Below are positions 19,429-27,996 of a stretch of DNA of 36,080 bases, piece after piece. The position numbers and the translations under genes were made by a program. The DNA is from a virus. Lineage: Duplodnaviria; Caudoviricetes. The notes below the pieces were generated by a model. The model was not told the DNA's origin. It saw nothing but the letters and a program-made list of their open reading frames with translations, and ran no database searches. Numbering within the stretch: the first letter of the stretch is position 1; every line of letters begins with the position of its first letter. Location: the IMG/VR virus record IMGVR_UViG_3300025251_000035, positions 1 to 36,080 of that record; one strand, 5' to 3'.

Positions 19429-19878
19429 TTAGCCTTTCCCAAAGGTGGTGCGCGTACTTTTCTCCGGTCTCAACAAAGGCATACGCGGGTCGTTCTCTCT
19501 CATGTAGTTACTGTCCACAGATTCCATTTGTCTTCGTGCCACCTCATTAAAATGTTTTGTGCGTGCCTTCATTTTCTCTTCGGGCGCTTTGCACAAAAGT
19601 AACCCGCCCTGCTCAATATTCCCTTCAAACTGGGAATTGATATCAGAGGTAATTTTCAGTTCCGGATGATCTTCCCTTTTTACGGGGACCCATCCTTCCC
19701 TGAATTTCCTAGATACGTTGGTATCATCAGTTTGGCCCAGCGTACTGGTTCTAATCCATCTGAATCTCCAACCATTCTGCGGATCTGGAGTCGGTAACAC
19801 AGAAGATGGAATCCAAGAGTCATCCTCTCGGACAAAATCTTCACGAGTATCGTGAGACCTATCGGTGCGCTCATCCAT
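19429..19878 (-). CDS. Hypothetical head-module protein
   Basis: Start moved to ATG 19878 (AGGAG SD); FRWIR..REGWVPV..GGLLLCK. Confidence 0.7.
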   Translation of the reverse strand: MDERTDRSHDTREDFVREDDSWIPSSVLPTPDPQNGWRFRWIRTSTLGQTDDTNVSRKFREGWVPVKREDHPELKITSDINSQFEGNIEQGGLLLCKAPEEKMKARTKHFNEVARRQMESVDSNYMRENDPRMPLLRPEKSTRTTFGKG

Positions 19879-20980
19879 TTGCCATCTCCTTTGCAAGTTG
19901 TTTGGCATACTGATTATTCGTTAACCCCAGTCTCTTAGCGAGGGAGACTTGAGTGGACGTCAACCGCACTTTGCGTGGCCTTGCACCGTTATTCCTTGCG
20001 GACGGTGCAACAACCGACGTTGCCGAAGCTCTCCTGGTCGTCGCGGTCGCGGATTGTCCAGTTCCACCTTGATCCGACCAAGAGTAATTGGGAAATTGTT
20101 TCCGCATTCCCGTGTTAATGTAATCATAATACTCATCCGATTTCAGATCCATATGAAGGTCGCCCTTTGCCGTTTCATGTAAGGCATAAGCAACCGCACT
20201 CATCAACTTTTCTTTAGGATCACCAAACCATTTATTTTCCTCAGCCCACACTTTTTGCTTCTCATCAAGCTGCGGAGGCTTCTGGGCAGCAGCCTGCTGC
20301 TGAAGCTGTTGCTGATATGCAGCTTGTTGCTGTTGCTGATATGCAATTTGTTGCTGTTGCTGATAAGCCGCCTGCTGTTGCGCAAGCTGATTAGGGTCAG
20401 GTAAATTTCTTTCGTATTGCTCGGCTTCATTAAGCTCCGACTGCGCTCTGATCATATTCTCCTGCGCATCAACCACGTTATCAGTGTTGCCTTCTTCATA
20501 AGCCTTTCGATAACTTGATTTAGCTTTATCAACTGCCAGTTTAGCCCGTTCTTTTACTTGCGTAATTAACGCACCTTCACCGCGCTGAATAAGAGCTTCC
20601 ATCTCCTGATTTCTGCCAACCTGCTGTTGAGCGAAATTAACCGCTTCATCACGCAACCGTTGAGCTTCTTCCTTCTGACGACGCTCCTCATGCTGTGCAA
20701 AGCGCAGCTTATCAATACGCTTTTGAACTTTCTTGCTGTAACCATCCAGTTCCTTATCATCAGTATCCCCATAATCATCGCTATCAACAGACTTACTAGT
20801 CCTGGGGAAAGGACGATCTTCAAGAGGACGATCATCCACAATCTCAATATCAAACTCGGACTTATTTTCGGTTTGATCTTCAGACCGCTTACCTATCTTC
20901 GTACGCACCCCAAAGAATTTTTCTTCTGCTGAATGCGTACCTTGTGCGCCGCTCTCAACGACATTTTCTGATTCGCTCAT
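19871..20980 (-). CDS. Putative capsid scaffolding protein
   Basis: Acidic N-terminus, long coiled coil, NKWFG, C-terminal LTSTQVSLAKRLGL..YAK; lies between portal and capsid genes. Confidence 0.7.
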   Translation of the reverse strand: MSESENVVESGAQGTHSAEEKFFGVRTKIGKRSEDQTENKSEFDIEIVDDRPLEDRPFPRTSKSVDSDDYGDTDDKELDGYSKKVQKRIDKLRFAQHEERRQKEEAQRLRDEAVNFAQQQVGRNQEMEALIQRGEGALITQVKERAKLAVDKAKSSYRKAYEEGNTDNVVDAQENMIRAQSELNEAEQYERNLPDPNQLAQQQAAYQQQQQIAYQQQQQAAYQQQLQQQAAAQKPPQLDEKQKVWAEENKWFGDPKEKLMSAVAYALHETAKGDLHMDLKSDEYYDYINTGMRKQFPNYSWSDQGGTGQSATATTRRASATSVVAPSARNNGARPRKVRLTSTQVSLAKRLGLTNNQYAKQLAKEMANG

Positions 20981-21375
20981 ACCTTTACGATACCTCGCGG
21001 GTCTTCAACTACAGCTTCCACACTGTCATCATTAATCAACCGAAATTCCTTGCCATGAACCATAAACCGCGTACCTGAATACGCACGCATCACGATCCAA
21101 TCGCCCTTTTCACAAAACGGACCTGACGGGAAACGCTCGGCGTTTTTATAAGCATCCGGCCCCATAGCAATAACAAAGCCCACAATAGATCCCACCTCTT
21201 CGGTATGAATCGTTTGTTTCGCTTTAATAATACCGCCATCGGTTTTCTCATCTGGTTCGGGTAAGGCAATCAGTATCTTGTAACCTTTCGGCTTCGGCAT
21301 CTGACTGGCTTTACGAGCACTTGCTTCATCAATATCTATCGGCTCGGTTTTTACTGTTGCTAATGAACTAGCCAT
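20977..21375 (-). CDS. groES: Co-chaperonin GroES-like protein
   Basis: PKGYKILI..EKTDGGII..GFVIAMGPDAY..GDWIVMRAYSGT..EFRLINDDSVEAVV; start uncertain (21375 or 21423). Confidence 0.88.
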   Translation of the reverse strand: MASSLATVKTEPIDIDEASARKASQMPKPKGYKILIALPEPDEKTDGGIIKAKQTIHTEEVGSIVGFVIAMGPDAYKNAERFPSGPFCEKGDWIVMRAYSGTRFMVHGKEFRLINDDSVEAVVEDPRGIVKV

Positions 21376-21438
21376 TAATAAAAAGACCTTGCACTGGAAA
21401 ACGGCGTCCAGAGTCGCCTGCACCGCTTATGCGGAGAA

Positions 21439-21660
21439 TCATGTCCGCTCCAACCTTTCTTCGAGGTCAAGCAATTCCCGTTCCGCGAGGGCCAGTCCTT
21501 CAACCACTCCGCAACAACGGGCATATTCACTGTAATCCTTGCAAGCACCTGTACTCAGATGATCGCTACTTTCATTCATCATGCGCCGTAATTGCATCCG
21601 TAAATAGGCCAGCGTGTTATCCGGCGCTGGATCAAGACGTTTAACAGCAGCATCATTCAT
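21439..21660 (-). CDS. Hypothetical small helical protein
   Basis: 73 aa overlapping the portal stop. Confidence 0.65.
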   Translation of the reverse strand: MNDAAVKRLDPAPDNTLAYLRMQLRRMMNESSDHLSTGACKDYSEYARCCGVVEGLALAERELLDLEERLERT

Positions 21661-24118
21661 TCATTAAGTCCTTGGCAATATTCACGCCTACTTTCGCGCC
21701 CTCAATTTCCGACTTGGCAGCAATCTTTCTACTTTCCAGTTCTTCCTTGGAATTCTCTGCCGCAATCTTCACACCCAGTTTTGCACGATCGGTACGTTCC
21801 TGTAAATCCAGTCTGGCACGTTCCAACTCATCCTTACTTGCCGCTTTTTGGATATCAAGGTTAATTTTTGCCATTTCAGCTTGCGCCTTAGCCTGCGCTT
21901 CTTGTTGTTTAATTTCAAGTTCTTGGCGTTGCATTTGTAAAATCGGATCTTCCGCTTGTTCTTGCTGTTTTTGCATTTCAGCTTCTTTTTGGTCCTTACC
22001 AAGCAGTTGCTCAGCCGCTGGAGCCACTAATTGCGACAACCGGTACTCAATATCATCAGGCAATGGTTCTTCTGGTGATGGTAATGGCACACCGAGTTCT
22101 TTTTCAATCTCACGGCGGTACTGGAAGGCCACATGCTCGGAAATATGCGCTGACATCGCCGCCTCAGTCGCTTGAGCAGTCGGACTTTGACCGATCAACT
22201 CCAAAATCTTGGGATCTTGCACCAAAGAGATGTGCGCCTGGATATGAGCTTCATGATCTTGATAAATAAAGGCTTTTACCGGCTCACCATTGATAATATG
22301 CATGTTTTCGGTGATAGGATCACTCGGATTAATGACATCTTCATCAGGAATGATGTCTTCGGTGTCCCGAATACCCAAAACTTCCAGCATTTGCCGGTGT
22401 AACAGCGGTAAATCGTACATTTGCGGTGCCTGAGCAGCCAATTGTAACGCCGCCTGATATTGCATAATGCGTTGCGCCAGTGTTCCGGCGTTCGGATCGC
22501 TCACCGGAATGATATCAACGCGATCATCGAAGTCTTCGGTGGTCAATTCATCACCGATCAACTCATACGGGTACTCGGTGGGACCAAAATCACGAACAAT
22601 GCCCGATAAAATGCGCAATTCCTTACGCATTGAGGCGTGTAAGCGGGCCTGCACCGCGCTCATCACCTTCATTGATCGTTCTAAAATGGCTAAAGTAGTG
22701 CCAACGGGTGCTTCGGAATTCATATCCGCGACTTTTACATCCGCAGCCGATGCAAACCGGCGTCCTTCCTCAACAATATCGCCCATCAACTGATATAAAA
22801 CAGCAGATGGCTCTTTGTAGGGCAGAAAACTGATGTTGTCGCGGATTACACCGCCCGGTACGTCCACATCACGGAACTCTCCGGGCATGATCGGGGTGTC
22901 ATCACCCTTGATTCGCAGTCCACGCGCCTTCAAACCGCCCGGCAAGTTGGATAAGGTGCCCGCATCAACCAGTTGTCGCAATAATGAGGTAGCAGATTTT
23001 GCCAATCCACCGATCATGTGGATCAAACCGAAGCCATAAAAGCCTAATCCGGGCATATACTGGTAATGCACGAAATGCTCACGCTTCATTTTCAGTTCAT
23101 CGTCTTCGTACCAGTTACGGCGAATTGCTAAAATGGTGCGTGAGGACTTATCGATGCTGACAACATAGGGCAAACCAATCTCAGTCGGCTCACCATCCTG
23201 AGTATCTTCAAATCCCGGCAGATCCAGATCAGCCTGAATTTCTAAAATGGTATGACGCGAATCCATGTCATAGTTAGCCGAATCACCGGTTAACTGGTTG
23301 TATTTACGTTCAATCTCTCCGGTATCGGGGCTGGGTGCGGGTAAATCCACATCCAGATAAAATCCGGAAACCTGTAATTTACGCACCTCGTTTTTGGTGC
23401 GCTTCATCACATGGGTGGCACGTTCACAGGTGGTCAGATCAGCAGCACCATAGCTGACCACGAAATCTTCAGCGGGAACGAACATCGAGCACGGACGCCC
23501 CATGTTCGGGTCGAAATAAACCTTGCGGAATGCCGATCCTGCCAACGGCAGCGAGAACAGCATCTTCTCTGTCTCCGAACGGTATTCGGTCATCCGCTCT
23601 GTCAGCAGATAATTCAGATAATCCTTAACCCTGCCCGCCTGTTTCTGTTTTTCTTCGGTCATTGCTCCGACCACGGCGGTCTTGACCGGTCCTGCTGCGG
23701 GGAACAATTCCTGAATCGCCTGTGCCTGAAAACGAACTACAGATTCAGTCAATAACGGGTGAAATACCCCGCAAGCGCCATCCCAGGGGGTGGTGCGGTC
23801 AGCATGTTTGAGGCCGAGCAGATCCAGGCCATTGATATATGTTTCTTCCCAGTCGCTCCGGCTATCGCGGTCTGAATGGTATGCGGAAATCAATTCAGAA
23901 GAAATCTCTCGCAAGTCGGCTTCATCGATGTATTCGGCCAGATTGGAATCATGCTCTGTACCACCCTCATCCATCGCATTGGGATCAAAATCAATGACCA
24001 CGCCGCCATCAGGGGTTTCCATCGATACCGATTCTGGATTGACAATCTCAATTTCCAGATCAGCTTCTGGCTCTTGTTGCAAAAAGGGGTCTTGCCCCAT
24101 AGGGCGTTCTATTGGCAT
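21653..24118 (-). CDS. Portal protein
   Basis: 821 aa downstream of TerL; HPLL..FQAQAIQELFPAAGPVKT, GSAFRKVYFD, RQLVDAGTLSNLP; C-terminal coiled coil (P22-like barrel). Confidence 0.88.
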   Translation of the reverse strand: MPIERPMGQDPFLQQEPEADLEIEIVNPESVSMETPDGGVVIDFDPNAMDEGGTEHDSNLAEYIDEADLREISSELISAYHSDRDSRSDWEETYINGLDLLGLKHADRTTPWDGACGVFHPLLTESVVRFQAQAIQELFPAAGPVKTAVVGAMTEEKQKQAGRVKDYLNYLLTERMTEYRSETEKMLFSLPLAGSAFRKVYFDPNMGRPCSMFVPAEDFVVSYGAADLTTCERATHVMKRTKNEVRKLQVSGFYLDVDLPAPSPDTGEIERKYNQLTGDSANYDMDSRHTILEIQADLDLPGFEDTQDGEPTEIGLPYVVSIDKSSRTILAIRRNWYEDDELKMKREHFVHYQYMPGLGFYGFGLIHMIGGLAKSATSLLRQLVDAGTLSNLPGGLKARGLRIKGDDTPIMPGEFRDVDVPGGVIRDNISFLPYKEPSAVLYQLMGDIVEEGRRFASAADVKVADMNSEAPVGTTLAILERSMKVMSAVQARLHASMRKELRILSGIVRDFGPTEYPYELIGDELTTEDFDDRVDIIPVSDPNAGTLAQRIMQYQAALQLAAQAPQMYDLPLLHRQMLEVLGIRDTEDIIPDEDVINPSDPITENMHIINGEPVKAFIYQDHEAHIQAHISLVQDPKILELIGQSPTAQATEAAMSAHISEHVAFQYRREIEKELGVPLPSPEEPLPDDIEYRLSQLVAPAAEQLLGKDQKEAEMQKQQEQAEDPILQMQRQELEIKQQEAQAKAQAEMAKINLDIQKAASKDELERARLDLQERTDRAKLGVKIAAENSKEELESRKIAAKSEIEGAKVGVNIAKDLMNE

Positions 24119-24346
24119 TTATCCGTTCTTTCGAAATTTCTGTGAACGAGCTGCTCCACTACCTCTGGCGAGCGTGACATCATGACCGTTTTCAACTCCG
24201 ACAGAAACAGTTTTCGGCTCAACAATACCACCATGAGCCATCTTCTTCACCTTACCACCCTTAGCCATCTTCACCTTGCCGCCCTTGCGATATATTCTCT
24301 TTGCTTTGCCGGGCTTTTTCTTAGTGCTGTCGTAGTAACTGGGCAT
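24119..24346 (-). CDS. Small basic protein with three xxxGGxV repeats
   Basis: YRKGGKV-KMAKGGKV-KKMAHGGIV; AGGAG SD. Confidence 0.7.
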   Translation of the reverse strand: MPSYYDSTKKKPGKAKRIYRKGGKVKMAKGGKVKKMAHGGIVEPKTVSVGVENGHDVTLARGSGAARSQKFRKNG

Positions 24347-24355
24347 TATGTTCTC

Positions 24356-25867
24356 CTAGTAATAATTGGCAGTACGCTTGTACATCGGCTCATCTTCTTC
24401 ATCAGTTTTTAATCGCAAAAAACCGCCTTGGCGGAATCGCAACAATGCCTGTGTACTACTGTCCACCAAATCATCATGCTCTCCAGCCGGAAAAGATGCA
24501 AATTCCTCAATCACTTCATCAGCCCAGCGTTTTTCCGGATGCCATACAATACCCGATGCAAACAGGTCTGCCACCGCATTAACACGGGCAATTTTATCGT
24601 TACCCCGTGACGGCGTGTACTCGCCCACCGGAATACCCATTGCCCGCAATTCAAAGATCAGCGGAGTGCCGGCTGCTTTAGCTTCAACCACACATGCATC
24701 CGGTTGCCAAGTTTGATAAAACTCAAACGCCATCTTCTTTAATTCAGGAAACTCAAGCCGTTCCTTATAAGCATCCAGTAAAATAATATTAGGTTGATTC
24801 TTGCCATTATCATCGGGGCGGTAAAATACCCCCCATGTAGTACAGGCAGAATAATCAGCCCGCTGTGTTTTCAAAAACGCGGTATCCCATGACTGAATCA
24901 AAAATTCACATTTAGGAGGATCTTCACGTTCCCACAGGCGCCACCAGTTACGTTTAACCAATGCACCTTCTTCAGAAGTGGGATTCTGCTGATACTGAGC
25001 TGACCATTTGGCTACCGGTAGTTCATTACGCAAGGATTCTAATTCAACCAACGGCCAGAATTGCGGCCAAAGCGCATTACCAGACGGCATAATGGCAGGA
25101 AATTCAATGACTTCCCATTCATCAGATCCATCACGCTGAACCGAAGACCTGATAATCTGACCGGTCAGATCGCGTTTGTGCCAGCGGGTCATAACTACCA
25201 CGATGGCGCCCCCGGGTTGTAATCGCTGTCGAGGGCCGGAGGTGTACCATTCATAAACCTTGTCAAATACTGACGGGTCAATGCTCTGACCTTCCTGCTC
25301 AGAATGGGGGTCGTCAATAATAAGCAGATCAGCGCCTTTACCGGTAACAGCCCCACCTACCCCGATAGCGAAATACTCACCACCCTGGTTGGTACTCCAA
25401 CGCCCCGCAGCCTTGGAGTCAGCCCTCAACGCAACTTGTGGAAAAATAGTTTTGAAATCTTCATCGGCTACCAGATTACGTACCTTTCGACCGAATCCAA
25501 CTGCCAATTCAGCAGTATGTGCCGTCTGAATGATTTTTTTATCCGGGTATTTACCAAGAAACCAAGCAGGAAGTAAATAAGAAGCAAACTCAGATTTAGT
25601 ATGCCGGGGTGGCATATTGATAATCAGACGTTTCAGCTTACCCGAAGCTACTCTCTCAAAAGCCTTCGCCACAATTGAATGATGGCGCCCCTCAATAAAA
25701 GCAGGCCAGATTTTACGTACAAATCCTAAATAATTGTTACGAGCAGTTTCAATCTGCTCAAGTGAATCGAATTCTTCCAGTAATTTAAGAACCCGCTGCT
25801 GCTCAGAAGCCGGCAATGACGGAATATTTTGTAAGGTGGCTATATCAATATGATCTTCAATAGCCAT
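24356..25867 (-). CDS. terL: Terminase large subunit
   Basis: Walker A PPRHTKS, Walker B LIIDDP, TRWH, nuclease QSWDTA and HDDLVD. Confidence 0.95.
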   Translation of the reverse strand: MAIEDHIDIATLQNIPSLPASEQQRVLKLLEEFDSLEQIETARNNYLGFVRKIWPAFIEGRHHSIVAKAFERVASGKLKRLIINMPPRHTKSEFASYLLPAWFLGKYPDKKIIQTAHTAELAVGFGRKVRNLVADEDFKTIFPQVALRADSKAAGRWSTNQGGEYFAIGVGGAVTGKGADLLIIDDPHSEQEGQSIDPSVFDKVYEWYTSGPRQRLQPGGAIVVVMTRWHKRDLTGQIIRSSVQRDGSDEWEVIEFPAIMPSGNALWPQFWPLVELESLRNELPVAKWSAQYQQNPTSEEGALVKRNWWRLWEREDPPKCEFLIQSWDTAFLKTQRADYSACTTWGVFYRPDDNGKNQPNIILLDAYKERLEFPELKKMAFEFYQTWQPDACVVEAKAAGTPLIFELRAMGIPVGEYTPSRGNDKIARVNAVADLFASGIVWHPEKRWADEVIEEFASFPAGEHDDLVDSSTQALLRFRQGGFLRLKTDEEDEPMYKRTANYY

Positions 25868-25888
25868 AAAATAACTAATTCCTTTTAT

Positions 25889-25994
25889 CTAGGATTATCC
25901 TAGCTAGGAACATCCTAACTAGAATATTCCTTATAAAAAAACAGGATATTCCTAGTATCCTAGGATTATCCTAGTAGGAACCATCTAGGATTAT
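25889..25994. repeat. Array of about six 15-bp palindromes CTAGGA-N3-TCCTAG
   Basis: Perfect copies at 25889-25903 and 25960-25974; degenerate copies at 25904, 25919, 25941 and 25974. Confidence 0.85.
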
Positions 25995-25998
25995 ATTT

Positions 25999-26028
25999 AA
26001 TCTAAAGTATTTTAACTGGGAAAGTCAA
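25999..26028 (-). promoter_or_regulatory. Putative sigma70 promoter upstream of terL
   Basis: TTGACT-18 nt-TAGATT on the minus strand. Confidence 0.45.
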
Positions 26029-26249
26029 GTATTTGCAGAAAATTTTCTGGCCGGTGGGACTCCTACCCCTATTTCCTGTGAATTAACTGCCTGCATGGCA
26101 CATGCTACATGGTGTGGTAGTGAAAAACATAGGATTATATGAGGAAAAGTCTAATTATAGGAAGGCCGGTTCGTTCTGCCCCACAGGGGGGGCCGGGGTG
26201 CACCAGTGTACTAGCACGCTACCACAGGAATATGGTAGTCGTCCCGGGA

Positions 26250-26780
26250 TTAGTTGAGCCTCGGGTTTGTGGGTCCAGCCAAGGTGGTCAGCGCCTCATC
26301 GTCCGAACCGGGACCAGACTCTGACCGGCCAGCTCCGAGCAGGTCCTCCAACCGCCGGCGCAGCTCACTGGCAACCTCATCAGTTGACCGCTCAATGGTG
26401 ACCTCGAGCTGTTGGTCCTTGAACAATCCACATGCCTTGCCGAGGAGTTCGGCACTGCGGATCTTCGCCATGTCGCTTGGCACTGCCGTATCGAGGAAAG
26501 TACGTAGTGTGTTTAAAACACGTTGCTTGTCTGCGAGTAGCGATGTTGCCTCAGTCCTATCCTTATGGCGTCGAAGCGTTTCTATCCTTTGGGTGATCGC
26601 AGGGTCTTGTGCCAACAAGCTACTTTCCGTGTTGATCGCTGCCGGACTCATCCGCTCTGCATTGTATGCCTCTCGATAAGCATCACTTAGATTCATTCCT
26701 TCGCCGTCATCGCCTCCGACTGCAACGAAACGTGCGAAGTTCCTCTGCTTGGCGGTCAGTCCCGACTTCGGTTTGCCCAT
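26250..26780 (-). CDS. terS: Putative terminase small subunit
   Basis: LTAKQRNFA..SDAYREAYNA HTH-like N-terminus and KIRSAELLGKACGLF; start probably ATG 26780. Confidence 0.72.
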   Translation of the reverse strand: MGKPKSGLTAKQRNFARFVAVGGDDGEGMNLSDAYREAYNAERMSPAAINTESSLLAQDPAITQRIETLRRHKDRTEATSLLADKQRVLNTLRTFLDTAVPSDMAKIRSAELLGKACGLFKDQQLEVTIERSTDEVASELRRRLEDLLGAGRSESGPGSDDEALTTLAGPTNPRLN

Positions 26781-27076
26781 ATCAGTTGTCCCATGAATAC
26801 TTGATTGCAGCCGCCAGTCTAGTGATTGCCGCAACGAAAGTCAGCCGCATGACTCATATGCTATGTTGCTGCGTAGCATGCGCTGTGTTGATGCCATTTC
26901 TAGGGATACCCTACGGTAGGGGCACCTTCTAAGAATGCGTTAGACGTCAACTCAGGAGGTCGATTTTCAGGGATGCTGGCATCAATTTGTACTCGGAGCC
27001 ACTAAGTGATTGATTGGTAAGTACTTGGATATCTCCCACCTTCACGCTTCATGCGCTGGATATTCTGCGGTAACAA

Positions 27077-27105
27077 TTGATTAGTCATGCGTCATGCTGT
27101 AAAAT
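27077..27105 (+). promoter_or_regulatory. Putative sigma70 promoter of the plus-strand operon
   Basis: TTGATT-17 nt-TAAAAT. Confidence 0.6.
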
Positions 27106-27276
27106 TCAGGTTCCACCAGAGGGGGAGCACCCAACAATCGGCAGCATCACTATCAAGACCAAACGAAGGTTTACTTTTTGTCCTTTATTACCACTACAAA
27201 AAGCGTACCCATAGATCCAGTTAAGACCTAGCTGGTTAGGCGTCAGACGAGACATAGCAAAGAGGCACCCACATCT

Positions 27277-27350
27277 CCGTGGGTCTGTGAATGAACACAC
27301 TGACGAGAGTCCGCCTATCATTAGGGAGGACTCAAGAAACTTAACAACGG
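27277..27350 (+). ncRNA. Variant type III hammerhead ribozyme (HH1)
   Basis: GGGT-C^-TGTG/CACA (stem I)-CTGACGA-GAGTCC/GGACTC (stem II)-AA insertion-GAA-ACTT; stem III extended by CCGT/ACGG; predicted cut after 27285. Confidence 0.55.
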
Positions 27351-27361
27351 AGGATTAAACA

Positions 27362-27640
27362 ATGTTTGGACTTGAAGGGGAAATCTTCGGGCTGCTGGAT
27401 AACGGCGTGCTCGCGATCTGTGCGCTACTCGGCATCGATCTCGATCAACGACTTGGCCGCAGCGGAGTGCATGGCGCGCTCTTCGGAGGACTCATTGGCA
27501 ACACTTTGAGCGATGGCATCGGGGCCGTTGCTGATCCGGCATTACGGGATCACGTCCTCGGTATCACTGCCGGTTGCTTGGAAGTATTCGTTGCCGTCTG
27601 GATTGGCGTCCGGATTTGGCAGGCATTCAAAACCGCATAA
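27362..27640 (+). CDS. Small membrane protein, TMEM65/VIT1-like
   Basis: FGLLDNG..GNTLSDGIG helices, about three hydrophobic segments; GGAGG SD. Confidence 0.6.
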   Translation: MFGLEGEIFGLLDNGVLAICALLGIDLDQRLGRSGVHGALFGGLIGNTLSDGIGAVADPALRDHVLGITAGCLEVFVAVWIGVRIWQAFKTA

Positions 27641-27670
27641 TTTATAAACACAACTGATAAGGAGCATGAG

Positions 27671-27937
27671 ATGAGCAAGGTCAATTTTAAAGTGAAAGAA
27701 ATAGGTGAGCTGGTTTTATTCACGCCTCAGAATGAGGACGCTACGAACTGGTGGCTGAACAACGTGCCCGAGGAATTTTACATTAAGGACAGCTTTTCCA
27801 ACAACCTCCTCTCACGCCGACACTATGGCGGTTTCCACACATTCGGCAAATCGTTCGTCGCGCCAATCAAGCACGCACGCAAGATTTGGAGCGACATCTG
27901 CACTGCCAATGGCAGCCATGGCTGGAGTGTTGCATAG
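27671..27937 (+). CDS. Hypothetical protein
   Basis: 88 aa; AAGGAG SD. Confidence 0.7.
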   Translation: MSKVNFKVKEIGELVLFTPQNEDATNWWLNNVPEEFYIKDSFSNNLLSRRHYGGFHTFGKSFVAPIKHARKIWSDICTANGSHGWSVA

Positions 27938-27938
27938 A

Positions 27939-27996
27939 TTCCAACCGATGAGACCAGACGGTAACTGGTCGAAACGCCCTTCGGGGCGTCTTGGAA
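27939..27996 (+). ncRNA. Type I hammerhead ribozyme (HH2; U4C core variant)
   Basis: TTCCAA-CCGATGA-GACCAG/CTGGTC-GAA-ACGCCC(TTCG)GGGCGT-C^-TTGGAA; all three stems perfect; predicted cut after 27990. Confidence 0.88.

Noticed and set aside
27225-27270. Pistol-like TGGTTAGGGC and hammerhead-like CAGACGA
   Set aside because: Pistol pseudoknot partner and conserved segments not found; no GAAA follows the CAGACGA stem.
27652-27662. CAACTGATAA (and CTGATCA at about 31565) as additional hammerheads
   Set aside because: Core mismatched; no stem II-GAAA-stem III arrangement.
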